Positions 38,680 through 49,508 of a stretch of DNA of 57,212 bases are shown here, piece by piece. The translations under genes were made by a program, and so were the position numbers. The stretch lies in the IMG/VR virus record IMGVR_UViG_3300029939_000002; one strand, written 5' to 3'. This DNA comes from an uncultured virus (IMG/VR IMGVR_UViG_3300029939_000002). Lineage: Duplodnaviria > Heunggongvirae > Uroviricota > Caudoviricetes. Numbering within the stretch: the stretch's first letter is position 1; each line of letters starts with the position of its first letter. The notes under the pieces were generated by a model. The model saw only the letters and a list, made by a program, of their open reading frames with translations, ran no database searches and was not told where the DNA came from.

Positions 38680-38827
38680 GATCCGATCTCCTAGAAAGGA
38701 TATAGGTAAATTAATACCTTTAAGTCAATAAAGTAATATATATCTATTTAAAACGGAAATGCACTTTTATAAAAAAGATATGAGGGTATGGAGCACATGC
38801 TCCATACCCTCATCTATTGTTTAATCA

Positions 38828-39244
38828 TTAACCGTATACTATTTTTCCTTTTTTGGTATAAATAACTCCAGTTAACCAACCAAAACTATCTTTCTCTCCA
38901 GGTCCTATTTTAATATTATCTTTTCTTAACTCACGTAAGAGTTCATAATTAACTTTCCCGTCGTGTGTTATAAGAATCATATCAGCTATATCAACTATTT
39001 GTCTAATTATATATTTCAAATAAGATGTTTGGTTGACAGGATGTTCATCATCCGTTAGAAAACAATATACATCATCAGGTATATTACTATTTTCTAATAT
39101 TACAATATTAGCTTTAAATATAGATATTTTTATCCTGAGTGTAGCTTCATTTACGATATCTAGATCTTCCATTATTTTAATCCTCCATGATGGTATTGTC
39201 TCAATAGTAGTTATTGTTTTTAAGATATTTTTTAGATGTTTCAA
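38828..39244 (-). CDS. Hypothetical protein (GEKDSFGWLTG C-terminus; start uncertain)
   Basis: ORF track; promoter motif at 39249-39256. Confidence 0.65.
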   Translation of the reverse strand: MKHLKNILKTITTIETIPSWRIKIMEDLDIVNEATLRIKISIFKANIVILENSNIPDDVYCFLTDDEHPVNQTSYLKYIIRQIVDIADMILITHDGKVNYELLRELRKDNIKIGPGEKDSFGWLTGVIYTKKGKIVYG

Positions 39245-39318
39245 ACATGTAATATATATCTATAAATTTTTTATATGGTATAGGATGGGCAATTGCCCAT
39301 CCTATACCGATCATCAGA

Positions 39319-41970
39319 TCAGCCGCACTTACTCGAACCACAGTTCTTACATGTTTTACAACCATCTTCATAAACAATCATAGTAGAGCCGCAATTCTGA
39401 CACGACTCACCATCAACTTTTTCACCATCCTTAATATAAGAACTAAGGATTTTTCTAATATGGAAAATGGTCGACCCTAGATCACAATCGATTTTATCAA
39501 GCTCTTTAACAAGATTTTTAATATGAATACCATGTCTAAGAATAAGTGAAAGAACTTTACATAATTTATGTACGTAAGCTGTAGTATTATCTATCTTCTG
39601 TTGAATAGATTCTATCTGAGAGGCATGAACACCTTTTTCTTGTGCAAATGCTAATAATTGACTAATAACAGTAGTTGTTGAATGCTTAATATTTTTCTCA
39701 CGGGCATTTGTATCGACGAATATTTCTACTGGGCGATTATTATCTTCATCAAGAGTAATATGAATATACCACTTCTTACCTTCAGAATTTACAACATGTC
39801 GAGCGGCAGGGAGCGTATCGGCTAGTTTCATTTCTTCAACGATTTCATCTTCAACAATAATTTCTTTATTACTAGAAGTCTCAAGAACAGCCATCATAGT
39901 ACCAGAACGATATGTTGTCAATCCTTTGATATTACCACCTTTAAATGCTTCAAGATAAACTTTCTTAAAATCAGAATAAGGATAATCATTAGGAACGTTA
40001 ATAGTCTTAGAGATAGAACTATCAACCCAATATGCAAATACAGAAAGCATATCAATATGTTCTTGAACTGTAAGATCCTCAGCAGTAACTAAAACATCTT
40101 CGTATTGATCACGAATACCATAGTCGTCCAATAAGCGAATAGCAAAATCTTTACAAGCATACTTCATAGTCAATCCACGATTTTTATCAATCATATAACT
40201 ATTACCGTTTTTAGAAGTACCGACCAACACATCGTCATCGCCACGTTTTTCAAATTTAAACATAGAAGTTTCAAAGAATTCATTCTTAAAGAAGTTTGGA
40301 GTAACATCTTTAATATCTTCAGGAATAACATCCATAATAACCCAACGATCATACTCTTTACTGAAAACTGGTTCCATACCACTACTTACAACATTAGCAA
40401 AAGAAGATCCATTTCCAGTAGGCTGGAATGAAAGAACTGCACTATTGCGAATACCACGCTTAAGTAATTTTTCCATATATTCTTTACTGAGATTAAGTCT
40501 ATTTATAAAAATACCACTTGCATGTTCCAACGGATTACAAAGAGGGAACATACCTTTTTCTACAGCAAGATCAATAGATGCTTCATAAGCAGCAACTGCA
40601 TAATCACTACAGAAACTATTACAAAAAGCAATAGCTTCTTTAGAACCATATTTAAGTTTTAATAGATATAAAGCAGAACCAATACCGAACAGACCAGTTC
40701 CAATACGGCGCTTTTCTTTGGAATTCTTTTCATATTCAGGGAGAGGATATTTAGCAACATCAATAATGTTATCAAGATATCTAACACTTGTCTTAACAGC
40801 CTCGATGAATTTATCTCTATTAAATACAAACTTAGTACCATCGAATTCACAAAAAGCAGCAACATTGGTATTTCCCACATTACAAACATTACCATCAGAC
40901 ATCAACTGTTCACCGCAAGGGTTGGAAGCAAAGATATTATCACCATACCAGAATGTATTTAACTGTTGAGCACGGTCTAAGAATAGGATACCAGGCTCAT
41001 TACGCTTATATGTATTTTCTGTAATGATATCAAAAAGTTCAATAACTGTAGTTTCATTATAGACTATAACAGGATATCCAGCAGCTTTCCACTTGTTAAG
41101 ATTACCATCCCATTCAGTTTTATACTTATCAAATTTTGTATCAGGATATTCCAATAACCAAATATTTGATGTATTAATATCACGTTCTAACTGTTCAATT
41201 CTATCGATATATAAGGAAACAACTTCGTCATGAACTTCATCTTGAGGAACAGATTTGATTAGATCGTTATAACTATTGATAACTTCTTTCTTAATTTCTA
41301 TAGTAGTATATCGTTCCATAAATTCATTCGATAGTGCAACCGACATATTGAACTTAGTTAGATAATTAGGAGTCTGTTTAGCAACAATAAATTCAATAAC
41401 ATCAGGATGCCAATCAGGACAAATAGCCATCTGAGCGCCCTTACGGATCTTCTTCTTAACATCTGAATTTTTATAATCATTTCCAGAACCACGAGTGAGA
41501 ACATCTGAAGATTTATCAAATAATTCCATCCAAGAAACAATACCAGGAGATTCGGCGCCAGAACCACGAATATGACGACCGCGAGGGCCAAAAACGCCAA
41601 AATTAAATCCCCAACCACCTTCTGATTTAAGAGTCATTGCTTGATGCATAAGTGTCGTATAAATACCTTCAATAGAATCAACATCGAATTTTATAAGAGG
41701 GCTAATAAAGCAGTTATGTAAGGATGTACCTGTAAATTTAGTTCCAATATTTGCTAAGATACGACCACCTGGAACAAAGCCAAAATTAGTCATAATAGAA
41801 TTAAATTTCTTAGTCCACTTTGTTCTTAATTGTTGATTCTTTTCTATATTAGCACAATGAATAGCAGCTCTATTGAAAGTATCATCCACAGTTGGTTCGT
41901 CACCATATCGATATGTGCGATTCCACACATCGACTGAAAGCGGGTCTGTAAAGATAGTTTTTGAAGTCAT
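39319..41970 (-). CDS. nrdJ: Class II (adenosylcobalamin-dependent) ribonucleotide reductase
   Basis: PGGRI, NC, ASNPCGEQ, PTG, SISKTIN, KG.T.YR, C-terminal CQNCG..CKTCKNCGSSKC; no small subunit adjacent. Confidence 0.9.
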   Translation of the reverse strand: MTSKTIFTDPLSVDVWNRTYRYGDEPTVDDTFNRAAIHCANIEKNQQLRTKWTKKFNSIMTNFGFVPGGRILANIGTKFTGTSLHNCFISPLIKFDVDSIEGIYTTLMHQAMTLKSEGGWGFNFGVFGPRGRHIRGSGAESPGIVSWMELFDKSSDVLTRGSGNDYKNSDVKKKIRKGAQMAICPDWHPDVIEFIVAKQTPNYLTKFNMSVALSNEFMERYTTIEIKKEVINSYNDLIKSVPQDEVHDEVVSLYIDRIEQLERDINTSNIWLLEYPDTKFDKYKTEWDGNLNKWKAAGYPVIVYNETTVIELFDIITENTYKRNEPGILFLDRAQQLNTFWYGDNIFASNPCGEQLMSDGNVCNVGNTNVAAFCEFDGTKFVFNRDKFIEAVKTSVRYLDNIIDVAKYPLPEYEKNSKEKRRIGTGLFGIGSALYLLKLKYGSKEAIAFCNSFCSDYAVAAYEASIDLAVEKGMFPLCNPLEHASGIFINRLNLSKEYMEKLLKRGIRNSAVLSFQPTGNGSSFANVVSSGMEPVFSKEYDRWVIMDVIPEDIKDVTPNFFKNEFFETSMFKFEKRGDDDVLVGTSKNGNSYMIDKNRGLTMKYACKDFAIRLLDDYGIRDQYEDVLVTAEDLTVQEHIDMLSVFAYWVDSSISKTINVPNDYPYSDFKKVYLEAFKGGNIKGLTTYRSGTMMAVLETSSNKEIIVEDEIVEEMKLADTLPAARHVVNSEGKKWYIHITLDEDNNRPVEIFVDTNAREKNIKHSTTTVISQLLAFAQEKGVHASQIESIQQKIDNTTAYVHKLCKVLSLILRHGIHIKNLVKELDKIDCDLGSTIFHIRKILSSYIKDGEKVDGESCQNCGSTMIVYEDGCKTCKNCGSSKCG

Positions 41971-42259
41971 TTTCCTGACCGTTCCTTTAAAAAACAAGTA
42001 AAAATTCATAGTATAATCCGACTCAGAAATATTTAAATTTCAAAATATAGTTTATTCATAAATACAAGAATATAGATATCCGATGATATCAAATTTCATT
42101 GAAAAACAAGTAAATATAAGCTAGTGTCATTGATGTATTTATACTTCAGTTATTTAAAATATGAACAGTCACAACAGTAATGAGAGTATCTAAAATTATA
42201 AAAAATAAGATAAATATACAGGAGAAAGGACATCCTTTCTCCTGTATATCGAATCCGTA

Positions 42260-42541
42260 TTACTCGGCGACTTCCTCTTCTTCTTCGACATCGACTTCGG
42301 CAGAAATCACTTCAGTCTGCGGAGCAGCTTCGGCAATGACTTCTTCATCAGAAGCTGCACTGAGACTGGTGATCAGTGCAGCGACATCGGTTTTCTCGAC
42401 GTCGTTCTCGAAGATACAATGAACGGGAAGCTCCTTCGAAACATCGGTGATAACGACTTCGCCGATCAGCGCAGGATTATCCGCATTGACATTGGTAATA
42501 GACCCTCCAGCAACGGTGATCTGAATGTTGGTCTTATCCAT
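42260..42541 (-). CDS. Small acidic protein
   Basis: 93 aa, E-rich tail, GAGGA SD, promoter motif at 42583-42590. Confidence 0.7.
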   Translation of the reverse strand: MDKTNIQITVAGGSITNVNADNPALIGEVVITDVSKELPVHCIFENDVEKTDVAALITSLSAASDEEVIAEAAPQTEVISAEVDVEEEEEVAE

Positions 42542-42666
42542 CGTATCCTCTTTGTGTGATGGGTTACTAACTATACAATTAAGTAATATATTTTTGTATT
42601 AACAATGAAAAAATAAGAATATGATGAGATCAGCCATTACGGCTGATCTCATCGCTATGTTCATAA

Positions 42667-43380
42667 TCAAGCTTCTCTTTTAGGATAACAAAACTTGTGA
42701 GCGCCTAGTGTTGCTACAACGACAACATGTCCTTTCCACGATTGTGGAATTGTATCGTTGTACATCGTTGCTTTTCCGATTGGATTTTTAAATATACCTG
42801 TAGGATTTTTTTCAACATGTATGATATCAGAGATAATCTGTTTCATCACTTCTGGTTCTTTGATCCCTCCTGTGTGTTTGTTGCCGAGATATGAAAATTG
42901 AAAAATACGTACACTTTTTCCATTATTTTTCTTGATAACCGCTGATTGATGAATAATATCATAATAGGATTTATTAAGTTGAGCAGCTCTATTTTTCACA
43001 ACATATTGAATAGCAATTCTACCAGTTCGTTCTTCACCACGAGCTTCGTAATAAACGGTATTTGCTAAAGCTTTAATATCTTTTCTCTGACTAGCTGGTA
43101 CATCGGCCAAAGTATATTCTCGATCATTAAGAATATTCTCATTTATACCACCAACTGTTAAGAAAGTCAAGTTACTTTTTGTCTTGAATTTATCATTATA
43201 ACTAAATGGTTCGATTGGATGTGTTTCTTTTACAATTCTAAAAGAAGGATCAACAATTTGGGCATTAATAAGTTTAATAAATAAAATGTCGGAATAGAAA
43301 AAGACATTAATAACAATACCAATAATAATACCTATAACAAGACCAATAGGATTAGGATGCTTGATCCAAAAATTCTTCAT
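42667..43380 (-). CDS. SleB/Hydrolase_2 cell wall hydrolase with N-terminal TM anchor
   Basis: LANTVYYEARGE, V.NR, QFS, G.HKF. Confidence 0.88.
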   Translation of the reverse strand: MKNFWIKHPNPIGLVIGIIIGIVINVFFYSDILFIKLINAQIVDPSFRIVKETHPIEPFSYNDKFKTKSNLTFLTVGGINENILNDREYTLADVPASQRKDIKALANTVYYEARGEERTGRIAIQYVVKNRAAQLNKSYYDIIHQSAVIKKNNGKSVRIFQFSYLGNKHTGGIKEPEVMKQIISDIIHVEKNPTGIFKNPIGKATMYNDTIPQSWKGHVVVVATLGAHKFCYPKREA

Positions 43381-43607
43381 CCGTACATTCCTTCCTTACT
43401 CTGTAAGCTCTCTGGCAAAGAGCTAATCACCTCGTTGAGTTTTGGTTTTGATAATAAAGATATGGATATAAGACACTAAAGTTCCTTATTAAGGAATTCT
43501 AATATCTTTCATAAGATAGTCCCATTATGGTAAAATAATACTAATAATAACCAACACACAAGGGGGAGGGTCTGATTAAACCTCCCCCTAAGCGAAGACA
43601 CTGATAC

Positions 43608-44660
43608 TTATGAGATCAGGTCATCTTCGTCGCCGGAAACTTTCCAGACCGAAGCTTTGTTCTGAGCGGCTTTGGCCTGCTTAAGCGAATTCAGATGATC
43701 TTCGGTCTCCTTGGCCAGCTCTTCGAACTTTGAAGAAAATTCGGAAATGGCCAGACGAATAGACGGGAAATCAGGAGATTCGAAGATGCCACTGAACGAC
43801 CTGGTCGCCGACACCTGCTTGAACTCGGACTCTGCATCGGTAGAACCGATGATAGTCAGAATGGATTCATAGACATCAGAATCTTCCTGGATCGCAGAGC
43901 TGACGATCTCGTTTGAATTGGTGCATCGCACATTCAGGCACTTGATGCCGGGCGTCGTCGACTTGTGCGCGATGAAATTCAGGAAATCAGACGGATCGAT
44001 CTCGTTGATTTGCGTCGTGAAAATCTGAAGAAACATCTTGAACAGATTGGTGACTTCCTTGTCGACGATATTCCGCCCATACTTGTTGTCGTAGATGATG
44101 AGCGGAATAGAAATGCCATTCTTTTCGCAGATGCTAATCAGCGACTTAGTGGCACCCTTCATGTTGTCGGAATGCTGCTGCGAGGATTCGTGGTCGGCGA
44201 TGGCAATGCCGATAATACGAATGCTCTGATCGCGACGATGCAGTTCTTTGGCCCACAACGGACCGATCACAGAGCCAGAACCGCCAGACTTGCCGAAAAC
44301 GACAAATGCAATGTCTTCATTCACGTGGTCGACTTCAGACAAGGCAGCGGCGATAGTACGGCTGTTTTCATTGCGATCGCCGCCAGAACCGACGGCGGCC
44401 GGCGTCAGAATCGTAACATCGATATTGGTGTCGATGCGATTCGATTTATCGGCAGTATCGAAGATCTGAATATGGGCAGATTCGGGAAGCAACATCGAAA
44501 CACGATTGTAAGTATTGATGCCAGTACCACCACAGAAATAAAACGAAATCGTAGGAGCATTTTTGGCAGCAATGATCGTCTGGACTTCAGGTGCCCGCCG
44601 CTGGGTAGAAACAATAAAAGACGGAATACCGGGGGCAACTTTAGAATCGTTCAGAGACAT
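43608..44660 (-). CDS. phuZ: PhuZ phage tubulin
   Basis: FYFCGGTGIN, DT, GSG.DR, tubulin signature GKSGGSGSVIGP, EID..D, acidic D-D-L-I C-terminus; promoter motif at 44713-44720. Confidence 0.88.
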   Translation of the reverse strand: MSLNDSKVAPGIPSFIVSTQRRAPEVQTIIAAKNAPTISFYFCGGTGINTYNRVSMLLPESAHIQIFDTADKSNRIDTNIDVTILTPAAVGSGGDRNENSRTIAAALSEVDHVNEDIAFVVFGKSGGSGSVIGPLWAKELHRRDQSIRIIGIAIADHESSQQHSDNMKGATKSLISICEKNGISIPLIIYDNKYGRNIVDKEVTNLFKMFLQIFTTQINEIDPSDFLNFIAHKSTTPGIKCLNVRCTNSNEIVSSAIQEDSDVYESILTIIGSTDAESEFKQVSATRSFSGIFESPDFPSIRLAISEFSSKFEELAKETEDHLNSLKQAKAAQNKASVWKVSGDEDDLIS

Positions 44661-44782
44661 GTGATGTCCTTTCAAAAGGAGAAACAAAATTAGTCAAGAT
44701 TTGACCAATAAAGTAATATATACTTAAAATGATATTGAATTAAAAATGGTACTACCTGGAATTACCCAGGTAGTACCCATAT

Positions 44783-45244
44783 TCATGGCAAAAGTTTTAA
44801 ACGTTGTGTATAATTTGTTATTTCAAATCCTAACTTTTTATAGAATCTGTTTGCGATATAATTATCAATATCAGAATTAAGGATAATATTTGAACAACTA
44901 TCTCTGAATTCATCAATTATTTCATCCATTAATAAGTGACCATAACGTCGTCCTCTATATTCATATCTAACAAAAATATCATTAATAAAAATAGCATCTT
45001 TGAATGCTTCAAGTTTAATAATAGAAGCATAACCGATAATATCATTATTGTCCTTGTTCTTTAGGATAACCAATGTATTCATTTTAATTATAGTTATAAT
45101 TCTGTCTTCACTCAAAACAAACATTTCACCATATTCTCTTGATTTAATACTATTTATACTTTCTATAATAAGTGGTTTGACATCTTCTATGACTTTTTCA
45201 ATATCTTCTTTATTTGATAAAATAATTACTTCAGTACTAAGCAT
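44783..45244 (-). CDS. GNAT family N-acetyltransferase
   Basis: I.DIFV..EYRGRRYG..LM, N..A.RFYKKLGF. Confidence 0.9.
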   Translation of the reverse strand: MLSTEVIILSNKEDIEKVIEDVKPLIIESINSIKSREYGEMFVLSEDRIITIIKMNTLVILKNKDNNDIIGYASIIKLEAFKDAIFINDIFVRYEYRGRRYGHLLMDEIIDEFRDSCSNIILNSDIDNYIANRFYKKLGFEITNYTQRLKLLP

Positions 45245-45996
45245 GCTTTAGTAGAATATGGTGAAAGATCAATAATACGATTATTTCCACTATCATTTGA
45301 TAAAATAATTACTTCAGCATTATTAAACTCAGTAAACATCTTTATCAATTCATTTCTAATAGTTCTAATGAGTTTATGTACACCTATATTGATAGAACTG
45401 AGTTGTATTTCAAATTCTGTCCCAGAAATACTCATATTAACTTTATCGTTATCCGCAGACATGTTCCAAATAATATCATCATCGCCATTTATAAATTCTT
45501 GTCTAAAATTAGGAGTTGTTGTAATACTACTAATAATATTTTCATCTAATACGATAGAGAAATTAAAGTGATAATTATCCAGTCCTTTGAGAAACGTAGG
45601 TCCTTCGCTATCGCTTTCTTTAATACCAGAATTACCCATATCGATAAATGTAGTACTACTACCACTACCGATATCACATCCAGTGAGGCCAGTTCCGCCA
45701 GTAACCACGTTATTAGTAGTAACTTGTAAATCTCCTGAACACTTATAGATAATATCCGTAATATCGTTACTATTATCAGCATGAGCAAATAATATATCAA
45801 GAGTAGATCTCACTTCATTACTATCTTCACAATCAATATCAATAGTACACGGATTATCATTAATAGGAATATGCTTATTATCTAATACGACCTGAATACG
45901 TATTTCATTACCATTTTTAAAAGTACTAAGCTGTTTAATAATACCAATACTTTCTAATATATAAACATTTCCAACTGTCGATTTTAAAGCTATCAT
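45226..45996 (-). CDS. Hypothetical protein
   Basis: 256-aa ORF coupled to the AAA gene. Confidence 0.65.
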   Translation of the reverse strand: MIALKSTVGNVYILESIGIIKQLSTFKNGNEIRIQVVLDNKHIPINDNPCTIDIDCEDSNEVRSTLDILFAHADNSNDITDIIYKCSGDLQVTTNNVVTGGTGLTGCDIGSGSSTTFIDMGNSGIKESDSEGPTFLKGLDNYHFNFSIVLDENIISSITTTPNFRQEFINGDDDIIWNMSADNDKVNMSISGTEFEIQLSSINIGVHKLIRTIRNELIKMFTEFNNAEVIILSNDSGNNRIIDLSPYSTKACLVLK

Positions 45997-47120
45997 TTCT
46001 TTTCTCCTGTTTGAATTGTCCCGGTTAAATAATCAACAATTTTATCTTCAACTTTAATAAACTTAACAGTCACATCACCTTGTTTGTATACATAAATAGT
46101 ATTTTCATTCTGAGCATCAACATAATCAGCAGATGTCAAAACAATACTATTCCAAGGACTATTACCATCAGAATAACTAACCATTAAATTTTCAATATCA
46201 AGAGGATGTTTTGTATGAACATTAGGATTAACAGCTTGGAATGGTTTATTGTCTTTATCGAATATACCAATAGACCATTTCATTTTATTAGCATTTTCAG
46301 GATTAATATTCAGATACTTAACTGCTGTATATGCAGGTTCTTTAAACTCATTAATCTCTTCAACAAGCGCCTGCAACATGTCGTGATTAAATGCACTAAA
46401 TGTTTTTGCAATAGAAACAATATCATTAATTTCTTCATTCTTATTAATTCTATCAGAGATATTATCATTAAGTCGTTCTTCGCAAAATTCACGAATGTAA
46501 TCTTCACCAACACCACTAAACTGATAATAATATCGAATTCTTTCAGGCCTATTGAGCATATGTTGATCAATACGATTTTTATCATTAGCAGATAATAAGA
46601 AAATCTTTCGAGTAGCATACAAACCAGACATGAGTGTAAGAAGTCGTTTCTGATCATAAATGTTAAATATCTTTTCAAATTCGTCGATAATGATAACACA
46701 TGGGGGTAACTTAGAAATATAATCAAGCAATAATTCACCAGCCTTATTATACGTTAAACTATCGTCTGCAATAACAACTGTATTGAGTTGGTATCTTTCC
46801 CACGCCAGAATACTAATCATCTGGAGGAGAAGTGACTTACCACTTCCTTTTTCACCAACCGCCAATACACCAAGAGTCGTCGTTGTAGACTTATATTTAT
46901 TTAAAACACGATCTCTCTTTACAATAAGATCTCTACCATAGATACGTTTAGGAGTTGTAAAATCTTTAATGGGTCGTAATATAAGTTCTTTACTGTCTTT
47001 AGATGATGTTAATTCAAAAGTATGGGATTGACCAATGGAATTATTGTTATTTATAACAACACCTTTTGCTACATCCGAAGATAATTTAAAATCGAAATTA
47101 GAATCTTCTCCGAAATCCAT
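45993..47120 (-). CDS. AAA+ ATPase
   Basis: GEKGSGKS, IIDEFEK, NRP.R. Confidence 0.88.
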   Translation of the reverse strand: MDFGEDSNFDFKLSSDVAKGVVINNNNSIGQSHTFELTSSKDSKELILRPIKDFTTPKRIYGRDLIVKRDRVLNKYKSTTTTLGVLAVGEKGSGKSLLLQMISILAWERYQLNTVVIADDSLTYNKAGELLLDYISKLPPCVIIIDEFEKIFNIYDQKRLLTLMSGLYATRKIFLLSANDKNRIDQHMLNRPERIRYYYQFSGVGEDYIREFCEERLNDNISDRINKNEEINDIVSIAKTFSAFNHDMLQALVEEINEFKEPAYTAVKYLNINPENANKMKWSIGIFDKDNKPFQAVNPNVHTKHPLDIENLMVSYSDGNSPWNSIVLTSADYVDAQNENTIYVYKQGDVTVKFIKVEDKIVDYLTGTIQTGEKK

Positions 47121-47146
47121 ACAATCTTTCCTTTTGTTTGTTCAGA

Positions 47147-48070
47147 TTAGTAATATATGTTTGAATTAATAAAGACTTTTCTATCTGGAACAAAAAGATC
47201 TGGTTCATTATATTTTTTAATAACTCTGAGATCATCACAGTTTCTATTATACTTAACAACCTTCTCTTCTAAAAAGTAAGATAAAGACGAATAGAATTTG
47301 TTTTTATTAATAGATAAGAATGCTGTACAAATATTAAACATAATAGAATTTCTAATATAAAAACCATTCTTTTTAAATTGTTTAAAATCTGTTGGTACTT
47401 TAATAAGTTTTATATTAAGTTCATCAACAACGTCTTCGACTGTTCTATTAAAATCATTATTCGTATCTGTTATCACTATGGCTTTAAGTGCTGTAGGAAA
47501 TACATTATTTATAAAAGTAGATAATTCAACTTTTAATAGTTTCTTATTATTAAATCGTATATGACCACAAAGACCAAGATATTGAGGAAATCTATTATAA
47601 CTTTCTGGTTGTCTACATAATTGAATTATATTTGGTATATCATCTAAAATATCATAATACATTTTAACAACAGTATCTGTATCTAATTGATTATTATAAC
47701 ACCCGAGAATAGGAATACAACAAACATATTTTGATCTATCTATAAATGAATTATCTAACAAATAGTCTTTTAAGTTATTAAGACACACTCTAAGATCGTC
47801 ATATGACATAACATCGCCATAATGATTTTTCGTAATGAGATGAAGAATAACATGATTTTTCTCTATAGTTTCAAGAACGGTTCCTACTCTAAAAGTACCT
47901 TCTACAAATCCACCTGTTTTATACATATCAAAAGAATTAGGATATTCTTTTTCAAAAGCATCTGCTATTCCGCCACTCTTAATACCAAGTGCATTGCCAG
48001 GATGTATCATAACTTGTGTATGTAATCTAAGTTCCATTAAATCTTTAGTTGGTACCTCTACAATAGCCAT
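47147..48070 (-). CDS. Macrodomain (ADP-ribose processing) fused to a SLOG/DUF2493-like domain
   Basis: HPGNALGIKSGGIADAFEKEYP, HLITK, IPILGC; C-terminal G...FNN...A/G.IRN..M pattern. Confidence 0.7.
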   Translation of the reverse strand: MAIVEVPTKDLMELRLHTQVMIHPGNALGIKSGGIADAFEKEYPNSFDMYKTGGFVEGTFRVGTVLETIEKNHVILHLITKNHYGDVMSYDDLRVCLNNLKDYLLDNSFIDRSKYVCCIPILGCYNNQLDTDTVVKMYYDILDDIPNIIQLCRQPESYNRFPQYLGLCGHIRFNNKKLLKVELSTFINNVFPTALKAIVITDTNNDFNRTVEDVVDELNIKLIKVPTDFKQFKKNGFYIRNSIMFNICTAFLSINKNKFYSSLSYFLEEKVVKYNRNCDDLRVIKKYNEPDLFVPDRKVFINSNIYY

Positions 48071-48073
48071 TCA

Positions 48074-49201
48074 TTATAAAGTATTTAGAGGTGTAAGTTC
48101 TTCTGGAACAAATAATCCATCTTTTCTTATAAGAACACCATCGATATAAAGGGCACCGCCACCATATCTTAATTGTTGATTGTGAACAAGGTCCCAATGA
48201 TTGGCCAATCTATTCCCATTATCCGACATAGTTTCATAAGCTTTACCTAAAGCAAGATGTATAGATCCAAATACTTTTTCATCAGTCAAAACAAATCCTG
48301 TCGACTTAGTGATTTTAGTATTTAACCCAAGTGCAAATTCACCAACTTTTCTTGCTCCAGGATCAACATCTAGAATCTTATTTAAAGCATTTGTACGCTC
48401 TTCACTTTCTGCAAGAGATTTATAACAAACACCATCTTTAAATTCACAATAAATATATTTAAAGAATTCTCCATTATAGTAACTAGGGCCAAACATAATT
48501 GTACCATTGACACTATTTAATTCAGGAGATGTAAATACTTCACCGTCTGGGATATTGATCTTACCAGCACAAAGTTCAGTGCCAGCTCCAGATAGCTTGA
48601 ATGTAAGATCAGTAAATCGAGCATCGCTATATATACGAACAGTTTTACCTTTTTGATTTAAGATATCTATAAGTGGAGTTGCATACTTTTCAAGTTCTGC
48701 ATAATTCAAATTAATACCATCAATAATCATCTTTGAAAATTCATCAAAATCACATTTATAAAAATTTGCTAATGGTATAGAGGGAATTACAGAGACTACC
48801 CACTTGAGATTATTAACTCTATATCGAGTAACTTCAGACATTAACATTCTTCTTTTACCAACAAGTTCTTTAATACCGAACTGTTCATATAAAGAACAAA
48901 AATGACTAATAGCACCATCGTCAACAAATCTTATATATTTATTACACAATTTCATCTTACGCATCATCTCATCGACAAATTCTCTTTCTTCAATATTACT
49001 TTTAGATATAGATAATCTAAGAATATCAGCTTGTACATCAACATAATTTACTTTAAAATTTGTGTTCTGTTTAAAATTTTTAATAGTATTAACCATAAGA
49101 CTACCAACAGAAGGATTATCAAATTCTAACCATAAAGTATCATTCTCTTTTAATTTCAACACATTGAAAAATAGATTATGTATTGCTTCTTTGATCTGCA
49201 T
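48074..49201 (-). CDS. Aminopeptidase T / M29 thermophilic metalloprotease
   Basis: NIPDGEVFTSP, GEFALG.N, DEK..GS.HLALG.AY, HWD; start MQIK with AAGGA SD. Confidence 0.92.
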   Translation of the reverse strand: MQIKEAIHNLFFNVLKLKENDTLWLEFDNPSVGSLMVNTIKNFKQNTNFKVNYVDVQADILRLSISKSNIEEREFVDEMMRKMKLCNKYIRFVDDGAISHFCSLYEQFGIKELVGKRRMLMSEVTRYRVNNLKWVVSVIPSIPLANFYKCDFDEFSKMIIDGINLNYAELEKYATPLIDILNQKGKTVRIYSDARFTDLTFKLSGAGTELCAGKINIPDGEVFTSPELNSVNGTIMFGPSYYNGEFFKYIYCEFKDGVCYKSLAESEERTNALNKILDVDPGARKVGEFALGLNTKITKSTGFVLTDEKVFGSIHLALGKAYETMSDNGNRLANHWDLVHNQQLRYGGGALYIDGVLIRKDGLFVPEELTPLNTL

Positions 49202-49508
49202 TTTTTGATCCTTCTGGTTTAATTCTTCAAAAAGTTGAGTGCTCAAAATCTCAACATTATGGTGAGCACCTACTCGATTGCCTGGTACGTTAGATGATGT
49301 GCTTGTTGTAGGCCAATTGCCACATCACTGCTGAGACGCGTGTTTTCCAGGCACGTGCAATCGAACACTTCTATCTTAGAATAATTTTATAATAGAGTCT
49401 ATTATTCATATTTATATGATCTTATGTTTAAATAAAATGTAATAAGAGACTGGTGCGCACGCACCAGTCTCTTACACTTCGTGCGATAACTTCTGATTCT
49501 CTATGAGT

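Noticed and set aside
39319..41970. Intein or intron in nrdJ
   Set aside because: Continuous ORF of normal size with no intein splice motifs; only a short helical insertion.
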